DNA of 63,126 bases, counting the filler, from Octopus bimaculoides (lineage: Eukaryota), in assembly GCF_001194135.2 (NCBI RefSeq). It is 12 parts of 12 records of this genome, joined end to end, with 100 filler letters (N's around TTAATTAATTAA, not from the genome) between each part and the next. Parts side by side here need not be neighbours in the genome. Positions count along the whole stretch, not along the records: positions 23,403 to 26,311 come from NC_068987.1; positions 26,412 to 28,727 come from NW_026368844.1; positions 28,828 to 31,585 come from NC_068986.1; positions 31,686 to 37,387 come from NC_068998.1; 8 more parts are not named here. The stretch is one strand, 5' to 3'. The position numbers and the translations under genes are program-made. Under the pieces are notes generated by a model that was not told the origin of the DNA, did not search any database, and worked only from the letters and a program-made list of their open reading frames with translations. Position 1 is the stretch's first letter. Each line of letters begins with the position of its first letter. This document shows positions 24,702-36,280 of the stretch, piece by piece.

Positions 24702-25636
24702 ATTATCATCGTTGTTATAGTAAACTACTTGAATTAAATTCTGAACTTTTCCTAAACACATACTACAGCACTGTTGCTTCTTCAAATGATATACCCTAAC
24801 TATTTGTTGCCTTAAGTAAAATGTGCATGAAAAAGTAATAGGGAAAGACGAAGTCATTATATTTAGTATTTATTGAATATGTGTATTTTGAGATCTTGTT
24901 GACAAATACACCTATTACCGTATTATTGTTACATCTACAAGAATGTATCAAACTTTTTATTCCATTTTCACGCTGAAAATGCTTCCAAAGTTACTTTTTT
25001 AGTCTATCTGTCTGTCTGTCTGTTTGTCTGTTTGTCTATCTGTCTGTCAATGTAAATGCGACACATGAGGATAGCAAAGGAATTCACAGAAAAATCACAC
25101 GCAACGGACTCAGACAAACTCAACCCTTCTTCAGTTGTCGACCATATATCACCACAATCTCGACATTGTTTTTACTCGTTAGTGAGTGCGCATGTGCGCT
25201 TAAGTGGGCATTGTTGTTGTATAAGTAAACGTGTGCTCGTATGTTTGTATATTTATATTTCTCATTGGACGTAATATGTAAATGCCACCAGCATGTGTTT
25301 ACCAAAATATTCTTTTGCACATTGTTAAACTAATATTAAATATAGTAGGTATCTCACTTATTTCACAATTGTTGGAAGGTTTTTTTTCTTTTTACCGTAT
25401 AACTGCATTTATGAATAACAAAATGTGTAAGATTTCCCACATATTTCCCAATGAATCATCTTTTTTCAGTTTATATTCTTTTGCCTTTTCTTAACAGTGT
25501 CATCAACAAAATATGTTCCACATATTTCTTATAAACAGGGTTTTTTTTCTGTTGTGTATCCATTTGTATGTGAGGACTTAAAATCTCGAAAAGGATAATT
25601 TCTTACAAATTTCAAGGTGATAGTTAGTAATATTTT

Positions 25637-25940
25637 TGCGTAATGACCTTTGGTTAACGTTTCCCTACATACAGGTTCTCCACTGTATTTTCGACCTATC
25701 ATTGGGAGACTTCACTTTAAGAGGCTCCAAATTACCATACGCTTAATCTCAAGATCAGACGTTGAAGGCAACCGGACTGCAACCGGAAGAGCCCTGCTTC
25801 TCCTACAGACAGCTGTACGCAAAGGGGGCTCTTAGTAACTTATTCTCTGTGTGTACAAAGAAGGAATAAACGTTCAATTGTTCGATCACTTGAATGACAA
25901 AGCTTATTGAATTAGCGTGTAAGTAGCTGAATATTCCACA
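25637..25940 (+). mobile_element. Candidate solo LTR
   Basis: About 300-bp island starting TG, ending CCACA, with AATAAA about 75 bp before the end; no clear TSD. Confidence 0.25.
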
Positions 25941-27141
25941 GTATTCATATGACGAGTATTCCACAGTATTCATATGACTAGTAACTTTGCAAGTATACTT
26001 TTGCCACGATACGGGATATCGAAAAAATATGCATACCTATAGTACTAGGATTGATGATATCAACTGATCCACTCACCCCAAAATTGCTGGCCTTTGAGTC
26101 TAAATTAGAAACCATTGTTACTTCTACCACCACCACCACCAGTGCCCATCATATGACAAGTAACTTTGCAAGTATACTTTTGCCACGATAGATGATATCG
26201 AAAAAATATGGATACCTACAATAATTTTAATCTAGCTTTTACTAAATTTCTTGGTGCTTGTACAAGATGATGAAATGCTTACTAATTTTCAAAAGAAAAA
26301 TATTCATTACTNNNNNNNNNNNNNNNNNNNNNNNNNNNNNNNNNNNNNNNNNNNNTTAATTAATTAANNNNNNNNNNNNNNNNNNNNNNNNNNNNNNNNN
26401 NNNNNNNNNNNCTACTACTACTACTACTACTATAGCAAAGTTCGTTTCTGTTTGGTTACCACTTTCCAATTTCTTCAATTTTTGTTCCAATTGATTTCAT
26501 ATTTGATGTGTTGATGTTGTTTTGTATGATAGTCGTTGACATGAAATTCATTTTCGCGATAACTCAATAAATAAAAAGTTAATAGCTTTTGAAGTTTGCA
26601 AATTTTGAGTATTTTTAGCCAATCGAAAGCCACAGACACATAGGTGCCTGTTTCCATAGTAACAAGCCAAGCTGTTACCAAGCTGCTTACCCACGTGGTC
26701 ATTTTTCGCTTATTAAATGCTTAAACTACATGAGGTATGAGATGATTGTGAGATGTGCTAAAAATAACAGCTAAATAGGCATTAAATCACGAACCAAATT
26801 TTTTTTCTTGCATAATCGTATGAATTTCCGTGTGTAGAATATAAATTCGCAATAATTTTCTGTAAATTCCGCCCCAACCCCGCCGCCAAAGATATGAGGT
26901 ATTATATGGCGTGCATAAAGCAGACTTCTGTCAATATTTCATTTGATTACAGTTGGCAACACGTGCAGTTACTCACAAAATGATAGCTTCCAATTCTTGC
27001 TTTTTGACTGTAACTTTTTGAAAACATTTTTCTGGAAAAAGTAAAATATCTTCTGAGATTCAACATGAAAAATTACACCAATACACCAAATTTTCACTAA
27101 ACTTTGAAATTTGCACACTTGCAAGATCCAGCAGCAATAAC

Positions 27142-27201
<60 letters not shown>

Positions 27202-27440
27202 GCGTGTACACAGGCAGACAACTAGAAAGATAGATAAATAGANNNNNNNNNNNNNNNNNNNNNNNNNNNNNNNNNNNNNNNNNNNNAAAAAAAAAAAAAA
27301 AAAAAAAAAAGAAAAAGAAAAAAATCAGGAGAAAAAAAGGAAGAAATTCAACTTAGCTTCTTTATTTTCATCATCTTTCTTATATTCTGCTGATATCAGG
27401 AGTATATATCTCATCCTTCACAACAATAAACAACCTCGTA

Positions 27441-27485
27441 CCGGAAGTGTCACCGCAGGTGTAACGAATCATGGACGCCATTTTG
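27441..27485. promoter_or_regulatory. ETS-type (CCGGAAGTG) plus YY1-type (CGCCATTTTG) motif pair
   Basis: Motifs at 27441-27449 and 27476-27485 in unique sequence; motif only. Confidence 0.3.
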
Positions 27486-27687
27486 TATCATTACAGTTTC
27501 CTTCTATAAAAATCCTTTCCATCTATTTGTTTGCTTATTTGTTTGTTCATATATTTTATTTATTTATTCTATGTATTTTCTTTCTTTCTTTCTTTCTTTC
27601 TTTCTTTATTCACTTATTTCTGTATCTGTATTTTAATTACATTCTTCTTATTAGATAGAAAGTTTGCAGCAGCTGCTACTGCTGCTG

Positions 27688-27720
<33 letters not shown>

Positions 27721-27724
27721 TCAT

Positions 27725-28045
27725 TACTATTACGCTCTCACGGCGGCCGGTTTTCGTTTCATTTTCCGTGGTTGGATCGCTGCAATGTACAGTGACATCT
27801 GCTCAGTAGTTCGGCTGAATGATTACCAATCGGAACCATTCACCATCACGCGCTCGGTTCATCAAGGGTGTCGCCTCCAACTCTTCTATATGTATTAGCT
27901 CTAGAACCTCTACGGTGGAGATTGGAGGCGTTGAGAGGCATCCCGTGCGAACAAGGATGTGGAAGAACCGTGTCAGAATACGCAGACGACGGAAAAGTGT
28001 TGCCTCCTAGCAATTTTGTTAAAAGGTGGGTGAATGCTGCAAGAA
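27725..28045 (+). mobile_element. Tx1 LINE RT fragment (copy 3)
   Basis: FRGWIAAMYSDICSVVRLN..EPFTITRSVHQGC..LALEPL..YADD; preceded by an (ACT)n/ATT tract. Confidence 0.82.
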
Positions 28046-28663
28046 TGGCCGGTGTCCCGTCCTGCTGAAAGTACAGACCCCCTGCTCCATCTTGCTGTTG
28101 TAATAACAGCAAAAGCAACTTCTGTAGCATAGCCAGATAACTTTGTGCAGAACGATTTCAAAACCGTAATCTTTTGCTCATTTGTTAATCGGTTGGACAT
28201 AATCGATATAACAGTATATCTGAAATAGGGGAGGGGGAAAGAAAGTGTACGCCTCTAAGTGTACGCCTGTAAGCTGAAGGATAATGTGAAGAGGGCAGTT
28301 GCCCTAGTGGTCAGGCGACCATCGTTTTTGTGGGGTCTCCATGAACAGCCTTCGGAAGTCTCCCTCTTTTATAGAATTATTTATTGTTGTAATTCTATAT
28401 TATTACTGTTTTATATTTTACACGTCTTTTATTTAACCCCAAATTGCATATACATGTATATATATATATATATATACACACACACAGGGTCCGCCATAAG
28501 TAACTATATAGTTTCTTTTGCTTGTAACTTTGTTGATATTTATTCAATTTTTCTATTTCATATGTCATTTGAAAGCTGAAATCTTTATATAGATTATGTT
28601 CTCCCGATTAAGAAAAAAGCAAAAGATTACGGTTTTGAAATGGTTCTGCACAAAGTTATCTGG
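28046..28663. mobile_element. Two inverted fragments of one Tc1/mariner-derived element (28046-28210 -, 28488-28727 +)
   Basis: Minus strand reads LYFQQDGTPA (DDE-core FQQDGAPxH motif); 28133-28207 is inverted to 28586-28663; TA-rich flank then CAGGGT start at about 28488. Confidence 0.65.
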
Positions 28664-28827
28664 CAGCTCACATTTGTTCCTTAATTTCAGCAATGTCACG
28701 GGGCTTTGTTGAGTAGACTTTCTCTTTNNNNNNNNNNNNNNNNNNNNNNNNNNNNNNNNNNNNNNNNNNNNTTAATTAATTAANNNNNNNNNNNNNNNNN
28801 NNNNNNNNNNNNNNNNNNNNNNNNNNN

Positions 28828-28864
<37 letters not shown>

Positions 28865-28865
<1 letters not shown>

Positions 28866-29274
28866 GGTTTTAGTTGGCCAGAGGCTATAGCAGAAGAGAC
28901 TTGCCCAAGGTACTAGGCTGTGGAATTGAACCAGGAACCATGTGGTTGGGAAGCAAGCTTCTTACCACATATATGTATGCATGTATGTATGTATGTATTT
29001 GCGTGTATGTTTGTCANNNNNNNNNNGGACGTAAACACACCAGCATCGGTTGTCAAGCGATTTTGGGGGACAAACAGACACACAATTACACACACACACA
29101 CACATATATACGACGGGCTTCCTTCAGTTTCCGTCTACCAAATCCACTCACAAGGCTTTGGTCGGCCCGGGGCTATAGTAGAAGACACTTGCCCAAGGTG
29201 CCACGCAGTGGGACTGAACCCAGAACCATGTAGCTGGTAAGCAAGCTACTTACCACACAGCCACTCCTACGCCT
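28865..29274 (-). mobile_element. SINE family 1 pieces (28865-28965 and 29028-29274)
   Basis: Reverse complement matches 311-640. Confidence 0.85.
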
Positions 29275-29289
29275 GTTAATATTTCCAAC

Positions 29290-29455
29290 GTAACGCCTCT
29301 ACGTTCTGAGTTCAAATTCCTCCGAGGTCGACTTTGTCTTCCATCCTTTCGGAGTCAATGAATTAACTACCAGTTGGGTACTGAGGTCGGTTTAATCGAC
29401 TTACACCCTCCTTCAAAACTGCTGGCCTTGTGCCAAAATATGAAAGTAGTATTTC
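29290..29455 (+). mobile_element. SINE family 2 variant, 5'-truncated
   Basis: CGTTCTGAGTTCAAATTCC..GAGGTCGACTTTG..CATCCTTTCGGAGTC. Confidence 0.75.
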
Positions 29456-29547
29456 CATCGTAAAATGATGACGAGATACTGGCCTCACTAAGACAGCTTG
29501 TTTCTCTCTCTCTCTCTACAACTTATCTTGTTGCTTATAAATGTCTA

Positions 29548-29733
29548 AGACGCAGGAATGACTGTGTGGTAAGAAGCTTGCTCCCAACCACATGGTTCCG
29601 GGTTCAGTCCCACTGCGTGGCACTTTGAGCAAGTGTCTTCTACTATAGCCTCAGGCCAATCAAATCCTTGTGAGTGAACTTGGTAGATGGAAGATGAAAG
29701 AAACCCGTCGTATATATATATATATATATATAT
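29548..29733 (+). mobile_element. SINE family 1, 5' half
   Basis: Family match, ending in (TA)n at the gap. Confidence 0.85.
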
Positions 29734-30324
29734 NNNNNNNNNNNNNNNNNNNNNNNNNNNNNNNNNNNNNNNNNNNNNNNNNNNNNNNNNNNNNNNNNNN
29801 NNNNNNNNNNNNNNNNNNNNNNNNNNNNNNNNNNNNNNNNNNNNNNNNNNNNNNNNNNNNNNNNNNNNNNNNNNNNNNNNNNNNNNNNNNNNNNNNNNNN
29901 NNNNNNNNNNNNNNNNNNNNNNNNNNNNNNNNNNNNNNNNNNNNNNNNNNNNNNNNNNNNNNNNNNNNNNNNNNNNNNNNNNNNNNNNNNNNNNNNNNNN
30001 NNNNNNNNNNNNNNNNNNNNNNNNNNNNNNNNNNNNNNNNNNNNNNNNNNNNNNNNNNNNNNNNNNNNNNNNNNNNNNNNNNNNNNNNNNNNNNNNNNNN
30101 NNNNNNNNNNNNNNNNNNNNNNNNNNNNNNNNNNNNNNNNNNNNNNNNNNNNNNNNNNNNNNNNNNNNNNNNNNNNNNNNNNNNNNNNNNNNNNNNNNNN
30201 NNNNNNNNNNNNNNNNNNNNNNNNNNNNNNNNNNNNNNNNNNNNNNNNNNNNNNNNNNNNNNNNNNNNNNNNNNNNNNNNNNNNNNNNNNNNNNNNNNNN
30301 NNNNNNNNNGAAGATCTCAGCAGG

Positions 30325-30600
30325 TTGCATATACACATCTTTTACATTCAACTTGTTTCGGTCGTTTGACTGCGATCATGCTGGAGCACCACCTTGAAGA
30401 ATTCGACACCAGCACTTATTTTTTTTGAAACTTGGTGCTTATTCTATCGGTGTCTTATTGCCGAACCGCAAAGTTACGGGGACATAAACACACCAACACC
30501 GGTTGTCAAGAGGAGGTAAGAGACAATAGACACACACACGCACACACATGATGGGCTTCTTTCAGTTTCCGTCTTCCAAATCCATTCACAAGGCTTTCAT
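30325..30600 (-). mobile_element. SINE family 1, 3' half
   Basis: Reverse complement matches 470-785. Confidence 0.7.
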
Positions 30601-30769
30601 CCTACCATCAAACAAAAATAAGCACGCATTGGATGAGGTACTCCTAGATAAACTATTCCTGAAAAAGATTAAGTGAGCATGTTTACAGCTGGGATGAGAG
30701 AACAACATACAGAAGATAAATCTTGAAAATGTGAAGGATAATTACTTCGTTAGTACTAAGGCTTCTGAT

Positions 30770-30900
30770 TTCACGAGTCGAGGGGTCGTCTATATAGACA
30801 GTACTTCCAGTACTTGATGGGGATTTTAGTGTTCCAAGAAGGATGGAAATAAAGCCAGCCTTGGTAGAATTTGAACTCATAACATGAAGCATTGCAACAA
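30770..30900 (-). mobile_element. SINE family 2, diverged fragment
   Basis: GAATTTGAACTCA and AAGGATGGAAA. Confidence 0.5.
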
Positions 30901-31276
30901 AATACCATTTTAGGCTAATTCTGCAAATCCATTGTTCTTGGTCAATAGAAAATATGACTCCAACCCACTAAACCCCAAAACTAATAAGAAATAAATAAGC
31001 GATGATAAAAAGATATTCGCTCAATGTTTAATATGGGAGACAACTGTGGACATGTTTTAGCCTTACTAGTGCTCCTCAGTAAAACAAGTATTTTTGTTGA
31101 TGTTTAACTGCAGATCAATCCTGCAATCAAAGGCATTCTAATCATGACCATCCCATCTTATACCAACATGGATGGGACCCATAACTGTTATATCTGACAA
31201 ATTATTTGTCAAGATGATAGAAGTCTAATAGTACAATTTCACTGCTATTTCTAGCAAGCTGAGCAATCATGTAAAA

Positions 31277-31420
31277 CAGTGGTTCTGAACCTTTTTTTTT
31301 TTCCCCTCTATGGACCCGTTTGATCACTACTCTATTCTGGTGGACCCCCATAGCCATTCTATGTCTAAAAAAACTAGTTTTATAAAAACTTTTTTTTCAA
31401 AATTCCTATTTTGTCTTTCA
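31277..31420 (+). mobile_element. hAT-like terminal fragment
   Basis: Starts CAGTGGTTCTGAACC, similar to the Charlie-type TIR CAGTGGTTCTCAACC. Confidence 0.35.
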
Positions 31421-31832
31421 CACATGATACGAGTAAATGTGAAAAATTAGCATATTTAAAAAAATACAATTAATCACAGCAGTTAATTACCCAGAGACAT
31501 GGTCTGTACAAAAAACAACAACCAAGAACTAACACATTAAATGTATGGAGTATTAAAACACCAATTAAAAAAGAAAGAAAGAGAANNNNNNNNNNNNNNN
31601 NNNNNNNNNNNNNNNNNNNNNNNNNNNNNTTAATTAATTAANNNNNNNNNNNNNNNNNNNNNNNNNNNNNNNNNNNNNNNNNNNNATATATGTATATATA
31701 TATATAAATATATATATATATTTACATATATATACATACATATATATATTTACATATATATACAAATATATATATATATACTTACATATATATACATATA
31801 TGTATTTATATATATATATACATATATGTATT

Positions 31833-31881
<49 letters not shown>

Positions 31882-32817
31882 GTGTGTGTATGTGTGTGTA
31901 TAGCAAATAAGAAAATAGAGAGGATACCAAAATGACATACATCAGCTGGTAGACATTCTAGTATGTCTATTTATTCCAAAGTATTGGAATGTATTACAAG
32001 AATACATAAACATGTAATGACCATGTGTTACACACACATGTACTAATATTACAGAAAAGTGCAAAAGATCAGATTGTTAGTAGGTGCTAGTTCCTTACGG
32101 CCGTTTCTGCCAAGAGGCAATGAAATCTTCCATGCCATCTCCTTCTCTTCAGTGTTCTGTAGGGATGGGCATATAAACCTTGGATGATGAATGTACCCGT
32201 AGGCTTCTTCAGAGGGTCTAAGTAGTTGGGAGTGCCAATACATATAAGAAACAGTTAAAAATAGGTACAGCGTTTGTCTTTTTAAAAAGGGCAGAAAAAG
32301 AATAGGTGCAAACGGGAGGATATGAGTGAAGTACAACTTAATAAAATGATTTGGGTATAGGAAGGGGAAATAAGCTGGAGAATTCCCGTGATGTATCCCA
32401 AGATGCATGTTATTTCGTCAAATGGTGTACAGATGAATATAGTCATTCTCAGGAGGAGATTTTTCAGAAAGGGTGAATTTAGGCAGTAGTTTGCATTATG
32501 TTTACATAAAAATTCACATTATGTTTACACAGAAATAGAGTGGTGGATTTGAAGGTATGCTCCGTGTTACGGAGTTGAAAGTTTATATGTAAAGTGCCAG
32601 CCAGTAGGTGCAATGTTAGTGTTCATTACTTTTTGCCAATCAACAAGTTTCGGAATCCCTGTGTGTAGTGAGGTGTGGGTCATGGTCAGTCCTACAACCT
32701 AATTGGTCTGCTATTTTTTGAAAACCATGATGTGGTTCCACTTCATTGATGATTAACAGATAAAACAAAAACAAATCCTTTAGTTGGTTAGTTTCCCAAC
32801 CTCTAACTCACAGAGAA

Positions 32818-32863
<46 letters not shown>

Positions 32864-33407
32864 NNNNNNNNNNNNNNNNNNNNNNNNNNNNNNNNNNNNN
32901 NNNNNNNNNNNNNNNNNNNNNNNNNNNNNNNNNNNNNNNNNNNNNNNNNNNNNNNNNNNNNNNNNNNNNNNNNNNNNNNNNNNNNNNNNNNNNNNNNNNN
33001 NNNNNNNNNNNNNNNNNNNNNNNNNNNNNNNNNNNNNNNNNNNNNNNNNNNNNNNNNNNNNNNNNNNNNNNNNNNNNNNNNNNNNNNNNNNNNNNNNNNN
33101 NNNNNNNNNNNNNNNNNNNNNNNNNNNNNNNNNNNNNNNNNNNNNNNNNNNNNNNNNNNNNNNNNNNNNNNNNNNNNNNNNNNNNNNNNNNNNNNNNNNN
33201 NNNNNNNNNNNNNNNNNNNNNNNNNNNNNNNNNNNNNNNNNNNNNNNNNNNNNNNNNNNNNNNNNNNNNNNNNNNNNNNNNNNNNNNNNNNNNNNNNNNN
33301 NNNNNNNNNNNNNNNNNNNNNNNNNNNNNNNNNNNNNNNNNNNNNNNNNNNNNNNNNNNNNNNNNNNNNNNNNNNNNNNNNNNNNNNNNNNNNNNNNGTG
33401 TATGTGT

Positions 33408-33450
<43 letters not shown>

Positions 33451-33769
33451 TGTGTGTGGTGTTATGAGCCAGGCTGTGTTGTAGGGAAGGATCGGAAGTA
33501 AGGGAGTAAGCATGTCCTGTTGGAAGTGGGGCCTGCGGATCCCACCGGAAGTGCTGCAGTGGACGTGTGGCATTCAGTGAAGCACAAGGGTCAGTCGGTG
33601 GTGAACAGCACATCAGAGCAGACGTGTGAGAAGGTAGAGCATCAGATAGTGCACGTGGATGTTGAAAGTGACCCTTTCTCCAGACTGACAGGTAAGACCA
33701 CCGTAATTCTCTCTTCACTTCTGTCTTTTTTCTCCCTTTACATCACAATACATCTCCTTGTCTCCGTAT

Positions 33770-33806
33770 TCTTTCTGTTGAAGAGCGTAGCTCGAAGCGT
33801 CAAAGA
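33770..33806 (+). ncRNA. Variant or degenerate minimal type I hammerhead-like motif in a probable Penelope-like terminal repeat (about 33692-33900)
   Basis: UCUUU-CUGUUGA-A-GAGC(GUA)GCUC-GAAG-CGUC-AAAGA: stems I and II pair; core deviates at positions 6 and 15.1. Confidence 0.45.
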
Positions 33807-33911
33807 CTTTCCGTATTCCCGAGCGTCATACTAATACATCCTTTTGTTGTTTACACCACCTGTCCTCGTCTGTTGTTGTTTTTTCGTACATTCTCCCATA
33901 TATGTGTGTGT

Positions 33912-34004
<93 letters not shown>

Positions 34005-34014
34005 ATGTAACATA

Positions 34015-35010
34015 CTTATGATGGGAGATTTTAATCTACCCTATGTTGATTGGTCTACAAACAGTTTGAAACCAAGCACTCCCACCTCAACTGCTGACAA
34101 AGAAGCTGTAGAGTCATTTTTCATCTTTATGAATGAGATTTTCTTGTCCCAACTTGTTCTTGCACCAACAAAATACCAAATCATTTTAGACCTAGTGTTT
34201 AATAACCATACTAACACTATACATAATATTACTGTGGAAAAAACCCTTCTTTCAGACCATGACATGATTCTCTGTAACCTAAGATTCCACCAGCCAAAAG
34301 CTAACCCTAGTGACCTCATCCGGCCCACCCATTTGGTGACATGGATCTCTATAATGCCGACAAGGATGCAATCATGAATGAGCTATCACATGTTGACTAG
34401 TCTTTCACACATGCACACACCTCCTCCAGCATTAAAATATCTTGGCACATCTTTGTAGAAACTAGTCACAAACATATGTTCAAAACACACCTCACCAAGA
34501 CCTGTGAACATATCTAAGCACAGAATTCCCCAAAGCAGAAAAACTATCAGAAAAATAAAAATAACAAACAAAAACATTGACAAACTAAAATACTGCCAAC
34601 AGCCACACATATATTTGACAGCTATCGCCCTGCTCAAATCAAAAAAATATAACCTCCAACAACACATGTAGACCATCATCAATAACCAAAAAGCAGCTGA
34701 GGAGAAATGTGCCATTGAGAAAATCAACCTCAACCCCAAAGTGTTCTTCTCTTTTGTGAAAAAACACAAGGTCAATGTCTCCACTGCTGGCCCTCGAATT
34801 GATGAAAATGGCACTCTCCAAGATAATGTCAAAACCATGAGTGAGATACTGCAGAAACAAACCTGCTCTGTTTTCAGCAATTCTGATATGGCCGATCTGG
34901 ACTACATCAGTGATGTCAATCCTCAACAAACTATTTCAGAAATAACATTTGGCGCCCCTGATGTCTTAGCAGCAATAAATGTAATTAGACACAATTCAGC
35001 AGTGGGTCCT
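34015..35010 (+). mobile_element. CR1-clade LINE ORF2 fragment (APE endonuclease C-half plus linker), disabled
   Basis: [45 protein letters not shown]. Confidence 0.85.
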
Positions 35011-35106
35011 GAAGGTGTGTGGAAACCAAATTGCAACTCCTCTTGCCAATCTGTATATATATATGTATATGTATATATATATATGTGTGTGTGTGTGTGT
35101 ATTTAT

Positions 35107-35162
<56 letters not shown>

Positions 35163-36280
35163 ATATATATGTGTATATATGTATATGTATATATATATGT
35201 ATATATGTATATATATATGTATATATGTATATGTATATATATATGTATATATGTATATGTATATATATATGTATATTTATATGTATATATATGTGTATGC
35301 ATATATATGTATATGTATATATATGTATATGTATATATGTGTATATATNNNNNNNNNNNNNNNNNNNNNNNNNNNNNNNNNNNNNNNNNNNNNNNNNNNN
35401 NNNNNNNNNNNNNNNNNNNNNNNNNNNNNNNNNNNNNNNNNNNNNNNNNNNNNNNNNNNNNNNNNNNNNNNNNNNNNNNNNNNNNNNNNNNNNNNNNNNN
35501 NNNNNNNNNNNNNNNNNNNNNNNNNNNNNNNNNNNNNNNNNNNNNNNNNNNNNNNNNNNNNNNNNNNNNNNNNNNNNNNNNNNNNNNNNNNNNNNNNNNN
35601 NNNNNNNNNNNNNNNNNNNNNNNNNNNNNNNNNNNNNNNNNNNNNNNNNNNNNNNNNNNNNNNNNNNNNNNNNNNNNNNNNNNNNNNNNNNNNNNNNNNN
35701 NNNNNNNNNNNNNNNNNNNNNNNNNNNNNNNNNNNNNNNNNNNNNNNNNNNNNNNNNNNNNNNNNNNNNNNNNNNNNNNNNNNNNNNNNNNNNNNNNNNN
35801 NNNNNNNNNNNNNNNNNNNNNNNNNNNNNNNNNNNNNNNNNNNNNNNNNNNNNNNNNNNNNNNNNNNNNNNNNNNNNNNNNNNNNNNNNNNNNNNNNNNN
35901 NNNNNNNNNNNNNNNNNNNNNNNNNNNNNNNNNNNNNNNNNNNNNNNNNNNNNNNNNNNNNNNNNNNNNNNNNNNNNNNNNNNNNNNNNNNNNNNNNNNN
36001 NNNNNNNNNNNNNNNNNNNNNNNNNNNNNNNNNNNNNNNNNNNNNNNNNNNNNNNNNNNNNNNNNNNNNNNNNNNNNNNNNNNNNNNNNNNNNNNNNNNN
36101 NNNNNNNNNNNNNNNNNNNNNNNNNNNNNNNNNNNNNNNNNNNNNNNNNNNNNNNNNNNNNNNNNNNNNNNNNNNNNNNNNNNNNNNNNNNNNNNNNNNN
36201 NNNNNNNNNNNNNNNNNNNNNNNNNNNNNNNNNNNNNNNNNNNNNNNNNNNNNNNNNNNNNNNNNNNNNNNNNNNNNNNN

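Noticed and set aside
32049-32780. Minus-strand 119-aa ORF in a GC-richer island
   Set aside because: No recognisable motif or splice structure; likely an old LINE remnant but not supportable
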